A DNA stretch of 54,324 nt from Burkholderiales bacterium (GCA_036000845.1 DASYUW010000013.1:1-54324), one strand, 5' to 3'. Numbered from the stretch's first letter, positions 8,477 to 18,084 are shown. The notes: a model not told the origin generated them from the sequence alone. Translations and numbers: made by a program.

Positions 8477-8581
8477 GGTGACTGGTGACCGGTAACTGGT
8501 GACTGGTAACTGGAAACGAGGCAAACCCGAGTGCAAACCGAAAGTCTTCTATACACAGCACGCAGCACGCAGCACACAGCA
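8477..8581. repeat. Two short heptamer tandem arrays (GGTRACY x5; CRCAGCA x4)
   Basis: ggtgact ggtgacc ggtaact ggtgact ggtaact (8477-8511) and cacagca cgcagca cgcagca cacagca (8554-8581). The second array lies inside the longest lipB ORF. Confidence 0.6.
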
Positions 8582-9181
8582 CTCGTCGTGCGCAAGCTCG
8601 GCTTGTCGGACTACGAAAAGACCTGGCGGGCGATGCAGGACTTCACCGCGGCACGCAATGCGGGTACTCCAGATGAATTCTGGCTGGTCGAGCACCCGCC
8701 GGTCTATACGCTAGGGCTCAATGGCAAAGCGCAGCATCTGCCGCGAACGGACAATGGCATTCCAGTCGTCAAAGTGGATCGCGGCGGGCAGATCACTTAC
8801 CACGGCCCGGGACAGATCGTCGTCTACACGCTGCTGGACTTGCGCCGCCGCGGTCTGGGAGTGCGAGCGCTGGTGCGGAAGCTCGAGAATGCGGTGATAG
8901 AATTGCTTGCGGACTACGGAATCGAGGCAAACGGCCGCGTGGACGCGCCGGGTGTGTATGTCGCAGGCGCGAAAGTGGCGGCGCTGGGTCTGCGCGTGCG
9001 CAACGGCTGCTGCTTCCACGGACTGAGCCTGAACGTGGACATGGACCTGTCGCCGTTCCGGGCGATCGATCCCTGCGGTTATCCGGGCCTGCAGGTCGCT
9101 CAGTTACGCGATCTGGGAATCGACGAACGCGCCGAAACGGTCGCGGACAAATTACTTGCGAAACTGGCCAACGGAATCTGA
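8531..9181 (+). CDS. lipB: Lipoyl(octanoyl) transferase
   Basis: Blocks [32 protein letters not shown] and [22 protein letters not shown] are LipB-like. The start is ambiguous: GTG 8531, or GTG 8588 downstream of the heptamer array. Confidence 0.85.
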   Translation: MQTESLLYTARSTQHTALVVRKLGLSDYEKTWRAMQDFTAARNAGTPDEFWLVEHPPVYTLGLNGKAQHLPRTDNGIPVVKVDRGGQITYHGPGQIVVYTLLDLRRRGLGVRALVRKLENAVIELLADYGIEANGRVDAPGVYVAGAKVAALGLRVRNGCCFHGLSLNVDMDLSPFRAIDPCGYPGLQVAQLRDLGIDERAETVADKLLAKLANGI

Positions 9182-9194
9182 ACAGCCTTCCCCT

Positions 9195-10133
9195 ATGGAC
9201 GACACCGTAAGACGCGAAACCGGCGAGCAGAAGACCGCACGCAACCCGGTCAAAATCATTCCGATGGCACCGCTGAAGAAGCCGGACTGGATTCGCGTCA
9301 AGTCGCCGGGCAGCCAGAAGTTCTACGAGGTCAAGCAAGCGCTGCGCGAACACAAGCTGCACACCGTGTGCGAGGAGGCTTCGTGCCCGAACATCGGCGA
9401 GTGCTTCGGCAAGGGCACGGCCACGTTCATGATCCTGGGCGATCTGTGCACGCGCCGCTGCCCATTTTGCGACGTGGCGCACGGCCGGCCGCTTGCTCCG
9501 GACACTGAGGAGCCGCTCAACCTGGCAAAAACCATCGCGGCGATGAAACTCAGGTATGTGGTCATCACCAGCGTGGACCGCGATGACCTGCGCGACGGCG
9601 GCGCCCAGCACTTCGCCGAGTGCATCCGCGCGGTGCGCAGCCACTCCGCGCAGACCCGCATCGAGGTGCTGGTACCCGACTTTCGCGGCCGTCTCGAAGT
9701 CGCGCTCGACAAGCTCTCGGCTTGCCCGCCGGACGTGATGAACCACAATCTGGAGACCGTGCCGCGGCTGTACAGGCAGGCCCGCCCCGGCGCCGACTAT
9801 CGCAATTCGCTGAAACTGCTGAAGGACTTCAAGGCGCGCTTCCCGGAGATTCCCACCAAGTCCGGACTGATGGTGGGCCTGGGCGAGACCGACGACGAAA
9901 TACTGGAAGTGATGCGCGATCTGCGCGAACACGACGTGGAGATGCTCACCATCGGCCAGTACCTGCAGCCGACCCGGGGGCACCTGCCGGTGTTGCGCTA
10001 CGTTGAGCCGGCGCGCTTCAGGCAATTCGAACAGGAAGCGCTGGCAATGGGATTCCGTCACGCCGCCTGCGGGCCGCTGGTGCGTTCGAGCTACCACGCC
10101 GATCAACAGGCGCATGAGGCGGGTGTGGCTTGA
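9195..10133 (+). CDS. lipA: Lipoyl synthase (radical SAM)
   Basis: [12 protein letters not shown] and [10 protein letters not shown] cysteine motifs with a conserved LipA C-terminus. The start is taken at ATG 9195 because the longer 9156 start overlaps lipB. Confidence 0.9.
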   Translation: MDDTVRRETGEQKTARNPVKIIPMAPLKKPDWIRVKSPGSQKFYEVKQALREHKLHTVCEEASCPNIGECFGKGTATFMILGDLCTRRCPFCDVAHGRPLAPDTEEPLNLAKTIAAMKLRYVVITSVDRDDLRDGGAQHFAECIRAVRSHSAQTRIEVLVPDFRGRLEVALDKLSACPPDVMNHNLETVPRLYRQARPGADYRNSLKLLKDFKARFPEIPTKSGLMVGLGETDDEILEVMRDLREHDVEMLTIGQYLQPTRGHLPVLRYVEPARFRQFEQEALAMGFRHAACGPLVRSSYHADQQAHEAGVA

Positions 10134-10138
10134 AAACA

Positions 10139-10249
10139 GTGATTAGGTGATTAAGGGATTAAGGGATTAAGTAATTAGGCAACTGACTCACCGAATCACT
10201 CAATCACCGAATCACTCAATCACTGAATCACTGAATCACTCAATCATTT
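10139..10249. repeat. Mirror array: 5 x GATTARGN units then 7 x AATCAYNN units (period 8)
   Basis: GATTAGGT GATTAAGG GATTAAGG GATTAAGT AATTAGGC (10141-10180), a 13-nt spacer, then AATCACTC AATCACCG AATCACTC AATCACTG AATCACTG AATCACTC AATCATTT (10194-10249). The stop codon of the gene at 10236 lies inside the right array. Confidence 0.8.
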
Positions 10250-11300
10250 CGAGCAGCACGTCCCAGGATTTCTGCGCCTGCGCCTGACCCGCGTGGAACG
10301 CGCGGTCCCGGAACCCGGCGTAATCATCAACGATCTGCGTTACGGCACGATGGAGATTCCCGGGCGTCGGTTCCTCGACCGCGACCCCGGCCCCAAAGGG
10401 TTCGATCAACTTCGCCATCCAGGACCCTGCCGTCGCCACAATCGGAGATCCGTGGGCCAGTGCATCCAGCGTCACGCCGCTTACCCGGTCCCTAAAGTCC
10501 GCACGATCGTAGAGTTGCAGGCAGATGCTGCCCGGGAACAGCGCGGCATAGCCTTCGGGTGACAGGGTTTCCGCGGTCAGTTCGAGCGGCGCATACCCTG
10601 TCGAGCGCAGCCGGGTGATGTCCTCGCGCGTGGCCGCATCGTACTTGCCGTAGTGGTCGGCCGAGACCTGGACCGTGACCGGGATTTTTTCCTTTTTGCC
10701 CGCCAGGAACTCGACGAAGTCCACGACTTGCCGGAATCCCTTGTCCTGCCTCGCGGCCCCCGCGTAAAGCAGCCGGCGGAAAGACATCGAGGCTCCAGGG
10801 CGTTGGGCTTGCGTCGGCGGGTACGGCAACAGCGAGACGTGCGCAAAGCCGCAACGCCGGAACACGTCCACCACACTCGCCGTCGTGCCCAGGATTACGA
10901 GGTCGGGCTGGCGCTCGGCGACCCTGCGCAGGGAGTTCAACTTGTCCGGCGTCTCCCTGACCCAGTGGAAATACAGAAACACCCGGTTGCGGGCGATCTG
11001 TTTTCCGGCTGCCAGATTCAACAGCGCCAAGTCCATGTGCCGCGCCGTGGGGATGAACAGCGGAAACGGTTCGCGCAGCAGCCGGCGGAACAGGAACAAC
11101 GACTGAAAAAGCCTGAACCGGCGACTGAAGTAAGGGTGCACGGTCACGCCCGGGCCGAAATTGAAGTTCTCCGCTCCTTTGCCCGCCCATAGCCGGATCT
11201 GCCGGTCACCGGTCGCCAGACAGAAACTCGAAACCAGGCTATGGCAGTGGCCTGAATAACTTTCGAGGGTTGGCTCGACAATCTGGATCGTCGTGGTCAT
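10236..11300 (-). CDS. Glycosyltransferase (GT-B fold, GT1/GT4-like)
   Basis: 354 aa. The C-terminal half has an RVSGVTLDALAHGSPIVAT segment resembling the E-x7-E region of GT4 enzymes. The gene context is glycosyltransferases. The family call is weak. Confidence 0.5.
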   Translation of the reverse strand: MTTTIQIVEPTLESYSGHCHSLVSSFCLATGDRQIRLWAGKGAENFNFGPGVTVHPYFSRRFRLFQSLFLFRRLLREPFPLFIPTARHMDLALLNLAAGKQIARNRVFLYFHWVRETPDKLNSLRRVAERQPDLVILGTTASVVDVFRRCGFAHVSLLPYPPTQAQRPGASMSFRRLLYAGAARQDKGFRQVVDFVEFLAGKKEKIPVTVQVSADHYGKYDAATREDITRLRSTGYAPLELTAETLSPEGYAALFPGSICLQLYDRADFRDRVSGVTLDALAHGSPIVATAGSWMAKLIEPFGAGVAVEEPTPGNLHRAVTQIVDDYAGFRDRAFHAGQAQAQKSWDVLLEMIE

Positions 11301-11325
11301 GCCGGATGCTCGAGCAAAGGGTTCT

Positions 11326-12486
11326 TTACACCGGTACCCGCGTTCGGGCGAGAAGACTTTCCGCTGCCTCGATCACGGTTCCGGCAGCCAGCATCTGCAG
11401 ACACACGCTCTCGCTGCCTTCGTGACGGGCGCAGCCTTCCTGCAGACACGGCACGCAGTGGCCTACGCCCTGCACCAGCGCGACGTTGCCGACGAATTGC
11501 GTGCCGCGAAACCGGTAGGGCGAAGGGTCGGCATCGCAGCCCTTCGGCCAGGGACCCCCCTTGACCGGATTCGAGGGTCCGAACAACGCCACCGTGGGCG
11601 CGCCGACCGCAGCCGCAAGATGCGTCGTGACGGTATCCGGGCCAACGTAAAGCGCGGCCTGTTCCAGCAGTACGGCGAGCTGCGAGAAACTCAGCTTTCC
11701 CGCCAGGTTCAGCGGGCGCAGGTTCCCGGCGTGGCGGCCAAGCAAGTCTGCGAACTCGTTCACGTAGAGAAGCTCCTGCGGGTCGCTGCTGCCGCTGAGA
11801 ACGACGGAAATGCCCCGGTCCTTCAGCCATGCGGCCAGCTCGCGCCACTGAACCGGGTCCCACATCTTGTAGGCAAATTTGGGATACACATGCAGCACTG
11901 CAAATCGAGTTTTCCGGAGTCCCGGGAAAAGGATTTCGACGCGGCGTTCGTCCTCTTCCGACCGGCCCACGATCATGTCGGAGCGGCGCGGCAACCCGAG
12001 CAGATCGGCAAGCCACAGGTTCTGCACCACGGTATGGGTATCGAGATCGTCGAATGGGACGGTCGCGTGCAGCAGGGCGCGCTTCCATGCGTGCTTGGCG
12101 CCCGATGCCATGATGCCGACGCGACTCCTTCCGGCAAGCCAGGCGTACAGCGTCGGGCGATCACTGGGAGAAGTGGAGATCGCCAGGTCGTAGCGGCGCC
12201 ACAGCCGCCGGGCAAGACGCATCGCCTCGATCGCCGGCTGCGAGGCCGGCACCGCGATCACTTCATCGAGATCCGGATTTCCGGCCAGCACGCCCTCGGT
12301 GCCCTTGAAGACCAGCATGTCGATGCGGGCCGACGGCCACGCGGACTTGAGCGAACGGACCAGCGGAACTGTGAGCAGGACATCGCCGATGCGCCGGATC
12401 ACGACCACCAGAATCCGCCCGGGCGGCCGGTGCACCGGCACGAACCCGCCCCAATGAAATGCCGGCGCCACACTCACGATTCGCAA
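11326..12486 (-). CDS. Glycosyltransferase family 9 (heptosyltransferase-like)
   Basis: ILVVVIRRIGDVLLTVPLVRSLK is the GT9 N-terminal signature, and the C-terminal part reads LYVGPDTVTTHLAAAVGAPTVALFGP. The TTG start at 12486 is uncertain. Confidence 0.8.
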   Translation of the reverse strand: MRIVSVAPAFHWGGFVPVHRPPGRILVVVIRRIGDVLLTVPLVRSLKSAWPSARIDMLVFKGTEGVLAGNPDLDEVIAVPASQPAIEAMRLARRLWRRYDLAISTSPSDRPTLYAWLAGRSRVGIMASGAKHAWKRALLHATVPFDDLDTHTVVQNLWLADLLGLPRRSDMIVGRSEEDERRVEILFPGLRKTRFAVLHVYPKFAYKMWDPVQWRELAAWLKDRGISVVLSGSSDPQELLYVNEFADLLGRHAGNLRPLNLAGKLSFSQLAVLLEQAALYVGPDTVTTHLAAAVGAPTVALFGPSNPVKGGPWPKGCDADPSPYRFRGTQFVGNVALVQGVGHCVPCLQEGCARHEGSESVCLQMLAAGTVIEAAESLLARTRVPV

Positions 12487-12493
12487 TCCCGCG

Positions 12494-13240
12494 TCACTTC
12501 TTTTCCAGCAACATCAGCTTCGCGTAGCGGTAATACGTCCCCTCAGCGGTGGCCACCGCCAGCATGAAGCCTTCACGACCGTCGCGATATCCGCCACGCA
12601 AAAAATAGGTGCGTATGAATGCCCATAGCCCCCGCAACACCGCTCCAGCGAGCCCGGCCTTCTTGCCGCCGTGGCGCATTTCCTGCGCCGCCAGCGAAGA
12701 GTAGCGGTTCATCTTCTGCAGCAGCTCGTCCAGATCGACGAATGTCTCGTGCATGATCGGCTCGCGCAGCGTGCCGGTTTTGCCTTCGACGATCACGCGC
12801 TCGTGTACGACATCGTCGCTGAACCCCGCGGCGCCGCGCCGGAAAAGCCGGGTGACATAGTCCGGCCTCCATCCCGAATGGCGCATGAATCGTCCGCAGA
12901 AACTCGACAGCCGCGGGGCGCGGAACGCCGTAGCTCCATCCGGATTAGATATGACGTTCAGGATCTCATCCCGCAGATCCGCCGTCACCCACTCGTCCGC
13001 GTCCAGCGACAGCACCCAGTCGCCGGTGGCCTGCGCCAGCGCGCGATTCTTCTGCGGACCGAAGCCGGGCCAGTCGCCCGTCACCATCACTTTCGCGCCC
13101 AGCTCGCGGCAGATCTCCGTGGTGCGATCGGTACTACCCGAGTCAACTACGACCACCTCGTCCGCCCACCGGACTGATTCAATACAGCGACTTATCGAAA
13201 CCTCTTCGTTCTTGGTAATGATGGTGACCGAAATCCTCAT
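12494..13240 (-). CDS. Glycosyltransferase family 2 (LPS-core KdtX/WaaE-like)
   Basis: The N-terminus ISVTIITKNEEVSISRCIESV, then VVVDSGSTDRT and LSLDADE (DxD), is a typical short GT2. Confidence 0.75.
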   Translation of the reverse strand: MRISVTIITKNEEVSISRCIESVRWADEVVVVDSGSTDRTTEICRELGAKVMVTGDWPGFGPQKNRALAQATGDWVLSLDADEWVTADLRDEILNVISNPDGATAFRAPRLSSFCGRFMRHSGWRPDYVTRLFRRGAAGFSDDVVHERVIVEGKTGTLREPIMHETFVDLDELLQKMNRYSSLAAQEMRHGGKKAGLAGAVLRGLWAFIRTYFLRGGYRDGREGFMLAVATAEGTYYRYAKLMLLEKK

Positions 13241-13524
13241 GCACTGCCGCTCCTCAATAACCGCGGAACATGTAGCGCTTTACGCGGTGTGGCTTGCGAA
13301 AGCGTTCCTTCGGATATAAGCGTAAAACAATTGGAGAATGTAGTGAGGACTTGACGGTGCTCGACGAGCCGATCATTGTTCCCCGTTACTGCAATGGGAA
13401 CGACGGCACGAACGCCTGTCGTCAGCATGTGGGATATCTTGTTGGTGATGCTCTGACTCACCGCACGCTCGTCAATGTTGAGTGCGTGCGACAAGATGAC
13501 CCATGTTTGTGGCAACGCAATCAT
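13237..13524 (-). CDS. Hypothetical 95-aa protein (doubtful)
   Basis: Both ends overlap neighbouring genes in ATGA fashion (13521-13524 and 13237-13240). I recognise no motif, and GC is lower than in the flanks. Confidence 0.3.
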   Translation of the reverse strand: MIALPQTWVILSHALNIDERAVSQSITNKISHMLTTGVRAVVPIAVTGNNDRLVEHRQVLTTFSNCFTLISEGTLSQATPRKALHVPRLLRSGSA

Positions 13525-14375
13525 GACGCAGATGTGTCGCGACGTTGTGAACGAGAGGCGCCTTCGCTCTCGGTGCTATTATGCGATCGACTACGTCTCG
13601 TCCCTTTCGATGATCGCCTCAGAAGCATAACAAGCTCGAGCTGCCTCGCAGCACTGCTGCCCTCGTTTGCCAGAACCACGCAGCCAGAACGAGCCCCGGT
13701 CTCCTGGGACGCAGGAAGGGTCGGAGAGTAAGCGACAAGGTCTAGCTCTCTAAACAGTTTGCCAAAGCAAGCAAACGTCAGAGATCGCTTGAATCCGTAG
13801 TCGTCGAATCCGTAGCCATTGTCCCAAGGCACCTCGAAATCATCCACCATCACCACGAAGTCCTGCCAGTGCCGAGCGATCACGCGAAGCTCTGCTGCCA
13901 ACGGCAGACTCTCGTACCAGTGCGCATCCAGATAGAAGAAAACAGGCTGCAGCCATGGGCGCGAAACCACAAGTCTGTTGAGAAAACTTACGGAATCCCC
14001 CAGCTCCAGGCGCACATCCTTCTGATCCCCCAACCTCTTGCGGGCCAATAGGTGGAAATGCCTGTTAATTTCGCAGGAATATACGGGGAGGCGACCAGTC
14101 GTCTGGTTCATCCATCCCGCGGTGTTTCCTATAAACGTGCCCGTCTCGATAATGCACTCAAAAGTCACCCTCTCGGTAATTTCCGCGAAAAGCCGCTGCC
14201 GCCCCGTCTGCCCATTGAAAGCATGTGCCGAATCCAGCTCGTATACAGGGCTTGCCAGCAAGTTTTCGACCACTGTCTCCAGCGCACCTATTCTGCGCTT
14301 TAGAGATCGAAAATAACCGATAGAGATCCATCGGCCGATATTACGCATGAACCTCCGCAGGGCATTCCTCTTCAT
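13521..14375 (-). CDS. Putative class I SAM-dependent methyltransferase
   Basis: IIETGTFIGNTAGW (glycine-rich loop) and FFYLDAHW are shared with the ORF at 23159-23806 (ETGTYRGDT, FYLDGHY). The C-terminal 30 aa are low-complexity (RRSSKGTRRSRSHNS...), which suggests a non-native tail. Confidence 0.45.
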   Translation of the reverse strand: MKRNALRRFMRNIGRWISIGYFRSLKRRIGALETVVENLLASPVYELDSAHAFNGQTGRQRLFAEITERVTFECIIETGTFIGNTAGWMNQTTGRLPVYSCEINRHFHLLARKRLGDQKDVRLELGDSVSFLNRLVVSRPWLQPVFFYLDAHWYESLPLAAELRVIARHWQDFVVMVDDFEVPWDNGYGFDDYGFKRSLTFACFGKLFRELDLVAYSPTLPASQETGARSGCVVLANEGSSAARQLELVMLLRRSSKGTRRSRSHNSTESEGASRSQRRDTSAS

Positions 14376-14673
14376 GTACCCACCTCCTGATTATCTGATC
14401 GGGAACCGCGCCGACACTGACTCATACTTCTGCCGCCTCGTTACCGGGGCTCACTCGATCGAATCGATCCCGCACGCGCCGGTGCAGAATCTTGTCAGTG
14501 CTCTTGTGGCCTGCCGCACGCCCGTCTTTGTTGAACGCGCGGACAAGTAATGACCAGCCATTGGTTTGGTTTGTCGACGATTTAGGTTCTTGCATGATCT
14601 GACACAAGCCAACCATGACGCCAACCCACGATGAGCATATCCCCTTCTGACATCTCGGTTTCACCGCTTGTGG

Positions 14674-15286
14674 TTAGCGAGTAAGAATGTGGCCCGTATC
14701 AAGGAGATTTTCTCTGACGTCGCGGATAGTCTCCTTCAGACCGTCTTCCAGGTTCACGGTCGGCTCCCACTGCAAAGTCTGGCGAGCGAACGAGATGTCC
14801 GGTTGACGTTGCCGGGATTCGTCAGTCAACAAGTGCCTTAAAGTCGACCTTGACCGCGAATTCGTCAAGCTTAACCTTTCTCTGCCAAATCAAGAATGGT
14901 GAACTCGGACGGGTTGCCCCGGTTCACCAGTCCGCAAAAACCGGCGGACTGGCTATGATGGAAACCATACCGGCAATCAGATCATCGATGTAGCACAATG
15001 AGCGCGTCTGGGATCCGTCGCCGTAGACAGTTATTTCCTCGCCCCGGAGCGCCTGGACGATGAAGTTGCTGATCGCCCGGCCGTCGTTAGGGCGCATGTT
15101 AGGCCCATACGTATTGAAAATACTTATCACCTTGATATCGAAATTGTACTGGCGACGATAGTCGAGGAACAGTCTTTCCGCGCAACATTTGCCTTCGTCA
15201 TAGCAATTACGCAGACCGATAGGATTTACGCGTCGCCAATAATTTTCCCGCCGTGGGTGCTGCTCTGGATCGCCATAGACCTCCGA
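14674..15286 (-). pseudogene. Decayed, 5'-truncated copy of UDP-glucuronate decarboxylase
   Basis: Minus-strand translation reads [37 protein letters not shown]...[41 protein letters not shown]...[14 protein letters not shown](stop)...QPDISFARQTLQWEPTVNLEDGL. This is colinear with the intact uxs at 23924-24877 (41/55 identical over one stretch aligned by eye). It is broken by a stop and frameshifts, and roughly the N-terminal third is missing. Confidence 0.8.
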
Positions 15287-15289
15287 CTA

Positions 15290-15600
15290 GGCTATGTCAA
15301 GGGCGTTATCCAAGATAATTTCCGACATGGCATGACCACGTTGTCTGCCGCACTCGATCTTGCCCAAGGCGAAGTAATCGGCCAGCGTAAGGCTCGCCAT
15401 TGCCATCAGGAGTTCATGTCTTTCCTCAACCACCCGAACCGGCATATTTCGGCCGACCTGGACGCGCATTTGATTCCAGACAACTAGGGCACGCACAAGC
15501 ACACTAGGGTTCGTGCGTGGCTGGCAAAGCATCGGCGCCATCATGTGTACTGTACCTAGGGATTTCGCGGTTAATTGTGGAAGGCCTCGGCAAATCATTC
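15290..15600 (+). mobile_element. IS630-family transposase remnant (central DDE part; nonsense plus frameshift)
   Basis: DNFRHGMTTLSAALDLAQGEVIGQRKARHCHQEFMSFLN...DAHLIPDN(stop)GTHKHTRVRAWLAKH, then in another frame SRLIVEGLGKSF. This parallels the IS630-type pattern RHGTTTLFAAL..G.V......RHRHQEF..FL....VILDNYATHKHPKVRAWL....SWLN.VEGFF recalled from memory. It abuts the uxs pseudogene at 15287-15290. Confidence 0.7.
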
Positions 15601-15612
15601 CCCTGCTTTGGC

Positions 15613-16761
15613 TTACGTGAGTCTCTTAATCGACCTCAAACACATGGACACGATCCGCTCGCTTGCTTGTCCGTCCCCGTACGGATTGTGTGCACGCGAC
15701 ATTCGGACGTAGACTTCGTCATTGTCGAGCAGCGCATTCAAGGACTGCGTGATCATCTCTCGGTCCGTTCCGACGAGTTTGACGGTACCCGCCTCGACCG
15801 CCTCGGGCCGTTCGGTAACCTCCCGCATAACCAGAACGGGTTTGCCAAGCGAGGGCGCCTCTTCCTGAACGCCACCAGAGTCGGTCAGAATGACGCAGGC
15901 TCGCTGCATCAGGAAAACAAAGGGTAGATACTCCAGCGGTTCAATCAGGTGCACGTTCTTTTCTTTACTTAGTATTCTTCGCACAGGCCCCTGCACGTTT
16001 GGATTCAGATGTACTGGGTAGACGACCTCCGTGTCGCCGCGTCTGGCTAGATCTCGTAATGCCAGGCAGATCGATTCAAATCCTTGCCCAAAACTCTCAC
16101 GGCGATGGCCGGTTACCAGAACCACGCGTTTATTGATATCGAGAAATTTGAACTGGCGTGCGATGTCTTCACGCAAGCGGACATCTTTGTCCAGCCTACG
16201 AGTCACCCAAAATAACGCGTCAATTACAGTGTTTCCGGTAACTTCGATGCATTCTTCTGCAATTCCCTCGCGCAGGAGATTCTCACGGGCACGCTGAGTT
16301 GGGGCAAAATGAAGATCTGAAATTGCGTCTGCTAGCTTTCGGTTGGCCTCCTCGGGCCAGGGGCGATAGAGATCCCCGGTTCGCAGGCCAGCTTCAACGT
16401 GCCCCACGGGAACCTTTGCATAGAATGACGCAAGCGCGGCGGCCAGTGTCGTCGTAGTGTCTCCATGTACGAGGACCCGGTCCGGTGGCCAGTCCACGAG
16501 CACTTTACGCATCCCCCGCAGGATCTCGCCCGTAAGCTCAGAGAGGTCTTGATTCGCGCGCATGACTTGCAGATCGTAATTTGGCTCTATTCGGAACGCG
16601 CGCAAGACAGAATGCAACATTTCCCGATGCTGTCCTGTCACGCAGACTCGTACATGAAAACTGCCGTTCCCTCGGAGCGCGTGCACAACCGGTGCCATTT
16701 TGATGGCTTCGGGTCGCGTTCCGAAAATGAGCAGTAGCCGCTGTTTCCTTTTAACCGACAT
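15613..16761 (-). CDS. wecB: UDP-N-acetylglucosamine 2-epimerase (non-hydrolysing)
   Basis: [35 protein letters not shown] and the overall length (382 aa) are characteristic. Confidence 0.9.
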   Translation of the reverse strand: MSVKRKQRLLLIFGTRPEAIKMAPVVHALRGNGSFHVRVCVTGQHREMLHSVLRAFRIEPNYDLQVMRANQDLSELTGEILRGMRKVLVDWPPDRVLVHGDTTTTLAAALASFYAKVPVGHVEAGLRTGDLYRPWPEEANRKLADAISDLHFAPTQRARENLLREGIAEECIEVTGNTVIDALFWVTRRLDKDVRLREDIARQFKFLDINKRVVLVTGHRRESFGQGFESICLALRDLARRGDTEVVYPVHLNPNVQGPVRRILSKEKNVHLIEPLEYLPFVFLMQRACVILTDSGGVQEEAPSLGKPVLVMREVTERPEAVEAGTVKLVGTDREMITQSLNALLDNDEVYVRMSRAHNPYGDGQASERIVSMCLRSIKRLT

Positions 16762-16917
16762 CTATTCCTCGCCCAGATGTATAATCGCCGCTTTTTGACT
16801 ACTGTAACAATGCTTACCGTCTAGATTTCAGACACGACAACGTCGACTCAATGGCGGAATTAACGCATAATTTCTGCATAGTATATTCCCGCGAAGAATT
16901 CCCTCGCTCGACGACGT
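16762..16917. promoter_or_regulatory. AT-rich divergent intergenic region (candidate promoters for wecB and the plus-strand GT block)
   Basis: A 156-nt gap between divergent genes. It has a perfect TATAAT at 16780-16785 (+) preceded by TG, and no convincing -35. This is positional inference only. Confidence 0.3.
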
Positions 16918-18084
16918 ATGAGACTGGCTGGCCGGACGACTCGAAAAAAATTTAAAATTGCTGTTGTCGTTCCGAAATACGGACTGGTCGGTGGCGGCGA
17001 GCGCTTCGTCAGTGAAATAACGAGACGCTTAGCGCGAAATAACGAATTCGAGATTCATGTATTCGCGAACCAGTGGTATGCCGAGACGGATGCCATAACC
17101 TTCCATAAGGTTCCCAACGTCCGTTTCCCCCGTTTCCTGCGCCCATTGTGTTTTGCAGTGTTCGCACAATGGATGATTGATCGAGCAGATTTCGACCTAG
17201 TGCATTCGCACGACCGAATCTTTCGGGCGGACGTTTTTTCCTTGCACTCCGTTCCTCACCGCGGCTGGGTCCGGGATGTACGGAAGAAACGGCCGAGTCT
17301 CTTCGATCGGGCGATAATAACCATCGAGCATCGGATGATTGCGGCTGGAGAATCATCGTGGTTTCTGCCCGTTTCCTCGGTCGCCAAAAACGCGTTCTGC
17401 CGCGAGTACACGACTTTGCCCGGGCAATGGCAGATAGCGCATCCGGGCGTCGACGTATTGCGATTCGCGACACCAGATCGCGCCGCCTGCCGCGCAGAGA
17501 TTCGAGCGCGCCATGGGATCGGTCTCACGGATTTTCTCGTCCTCTTCGTCGGGATGAACTTCGAGGTGAAGGGGCTTGATTCGATCATCGCTGCGGTGGC
17601 GAAAGCGCGGAGGGCTCGGCCGGAAGCGAACATCCGGCTCCTTGTCGTCGGACGGGGAAACGAGGGAAAGTTTGCGAGGATCGCCCAGTCCTTCGGGATT
17701 GCCGAGGCTGTGACGTTCGCGGGAAAGCAGGTCGACGGCATCGAACGATACTACCGGGCGGCGGATATCTTCATTATGCTCTCGGCATTCGATACATTTG
17801 GCCTCGTGGTGCTTGAGGCAATGGCGGCTGGCCTCCCTGTGATCGTCAGCACAAACGTAGGAGCGAAAGATCTGGTTGACGAGGGAGTGAACGGCTTCGT
17901 CCTTGCGAATGAGCATGACGCAGATTGCGCCGCGGATCGAATCGCACAGCTGCTCGACGCGGGCGGGCGCGAGGCGATGGGAGCTGCGGCGACGCGAACA
18001 GCGACAGACCACGACTGGGAGCGGCTGGCAAAAACAATCAGCCGGATCTACGAATCGAAATTGCATTCAAGGATGGCTGTGTGA
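16918..18084 (+). CDS. Glycosyltransferase family 4 (GT-B)
   Basis: KIAVVVPKYGLVGGGERFV at the N-terminus and the C-terminal FGLVVLEAMAAGLPVIVS (E-x7-E region) are typical of GT4. Confidence 0.75.
   Translation: MRLAGRTTRKKFKIAVVVPKYGLVGGGERFVSEITRRLARNNEFEIHVFANQWYAETDAITFHKVPNVRFPRFLRPLCFAVFAQWMIDRADFDLVHSHDRIFRADVFSLHSVPHRGWVRDVRKKRPSLFDRAIITIEHRMIAAGESSWFLPVSSVAKNAFCREYTTLPGQWQIAHPGVDVLRFATPDRAACRAEIRARHGIGLTDFLVLFVGMNFEVKGLDSIIAAVAKARRARPEANIRLLVVGRGNEGKFARIAQSFGIAEAVTFAGKQVDGIERYYRAADIFIMLSAFDTFGLVVLEAMAAGLPVIVSTNVGAKDLVDEGVNGFVLANEHDADCAADRIAQLLDAGGREAMGAAATRTATDHDWERLAKTISRIYESKLHSRMAV

Noticed and set aside
8793-10115. 440-aa minus-strand ORF across lipB/lipA
   Set aside because: It is antisense to two unambiguous housekeeping genes and has a low-complexity Arg/Ala-rich translation.
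10139-10249. Possible CRISPR arrays at the tandem-repeat loci (also 6815-6883, 26247-26322, 53146-53275)
   Set aside because: The repeat period is 7-9 nt with no unique spacers. CRISPR needs roughly 28-37-nt repeats separated by spacers of similar size. No cas genes are present in the window.
14376-14673. Possible tyrosine-recombinase remnant (minus-strand ...AGHKSTDKILHRRV...)
   Set aside because: It has only a vague resemblance to the LGHxSxxTTxxYxH box. The catalytic Tyr position is not conserved and there is no supporting upstream motif, so it is left as unexplained non-coding or decayed sequence.
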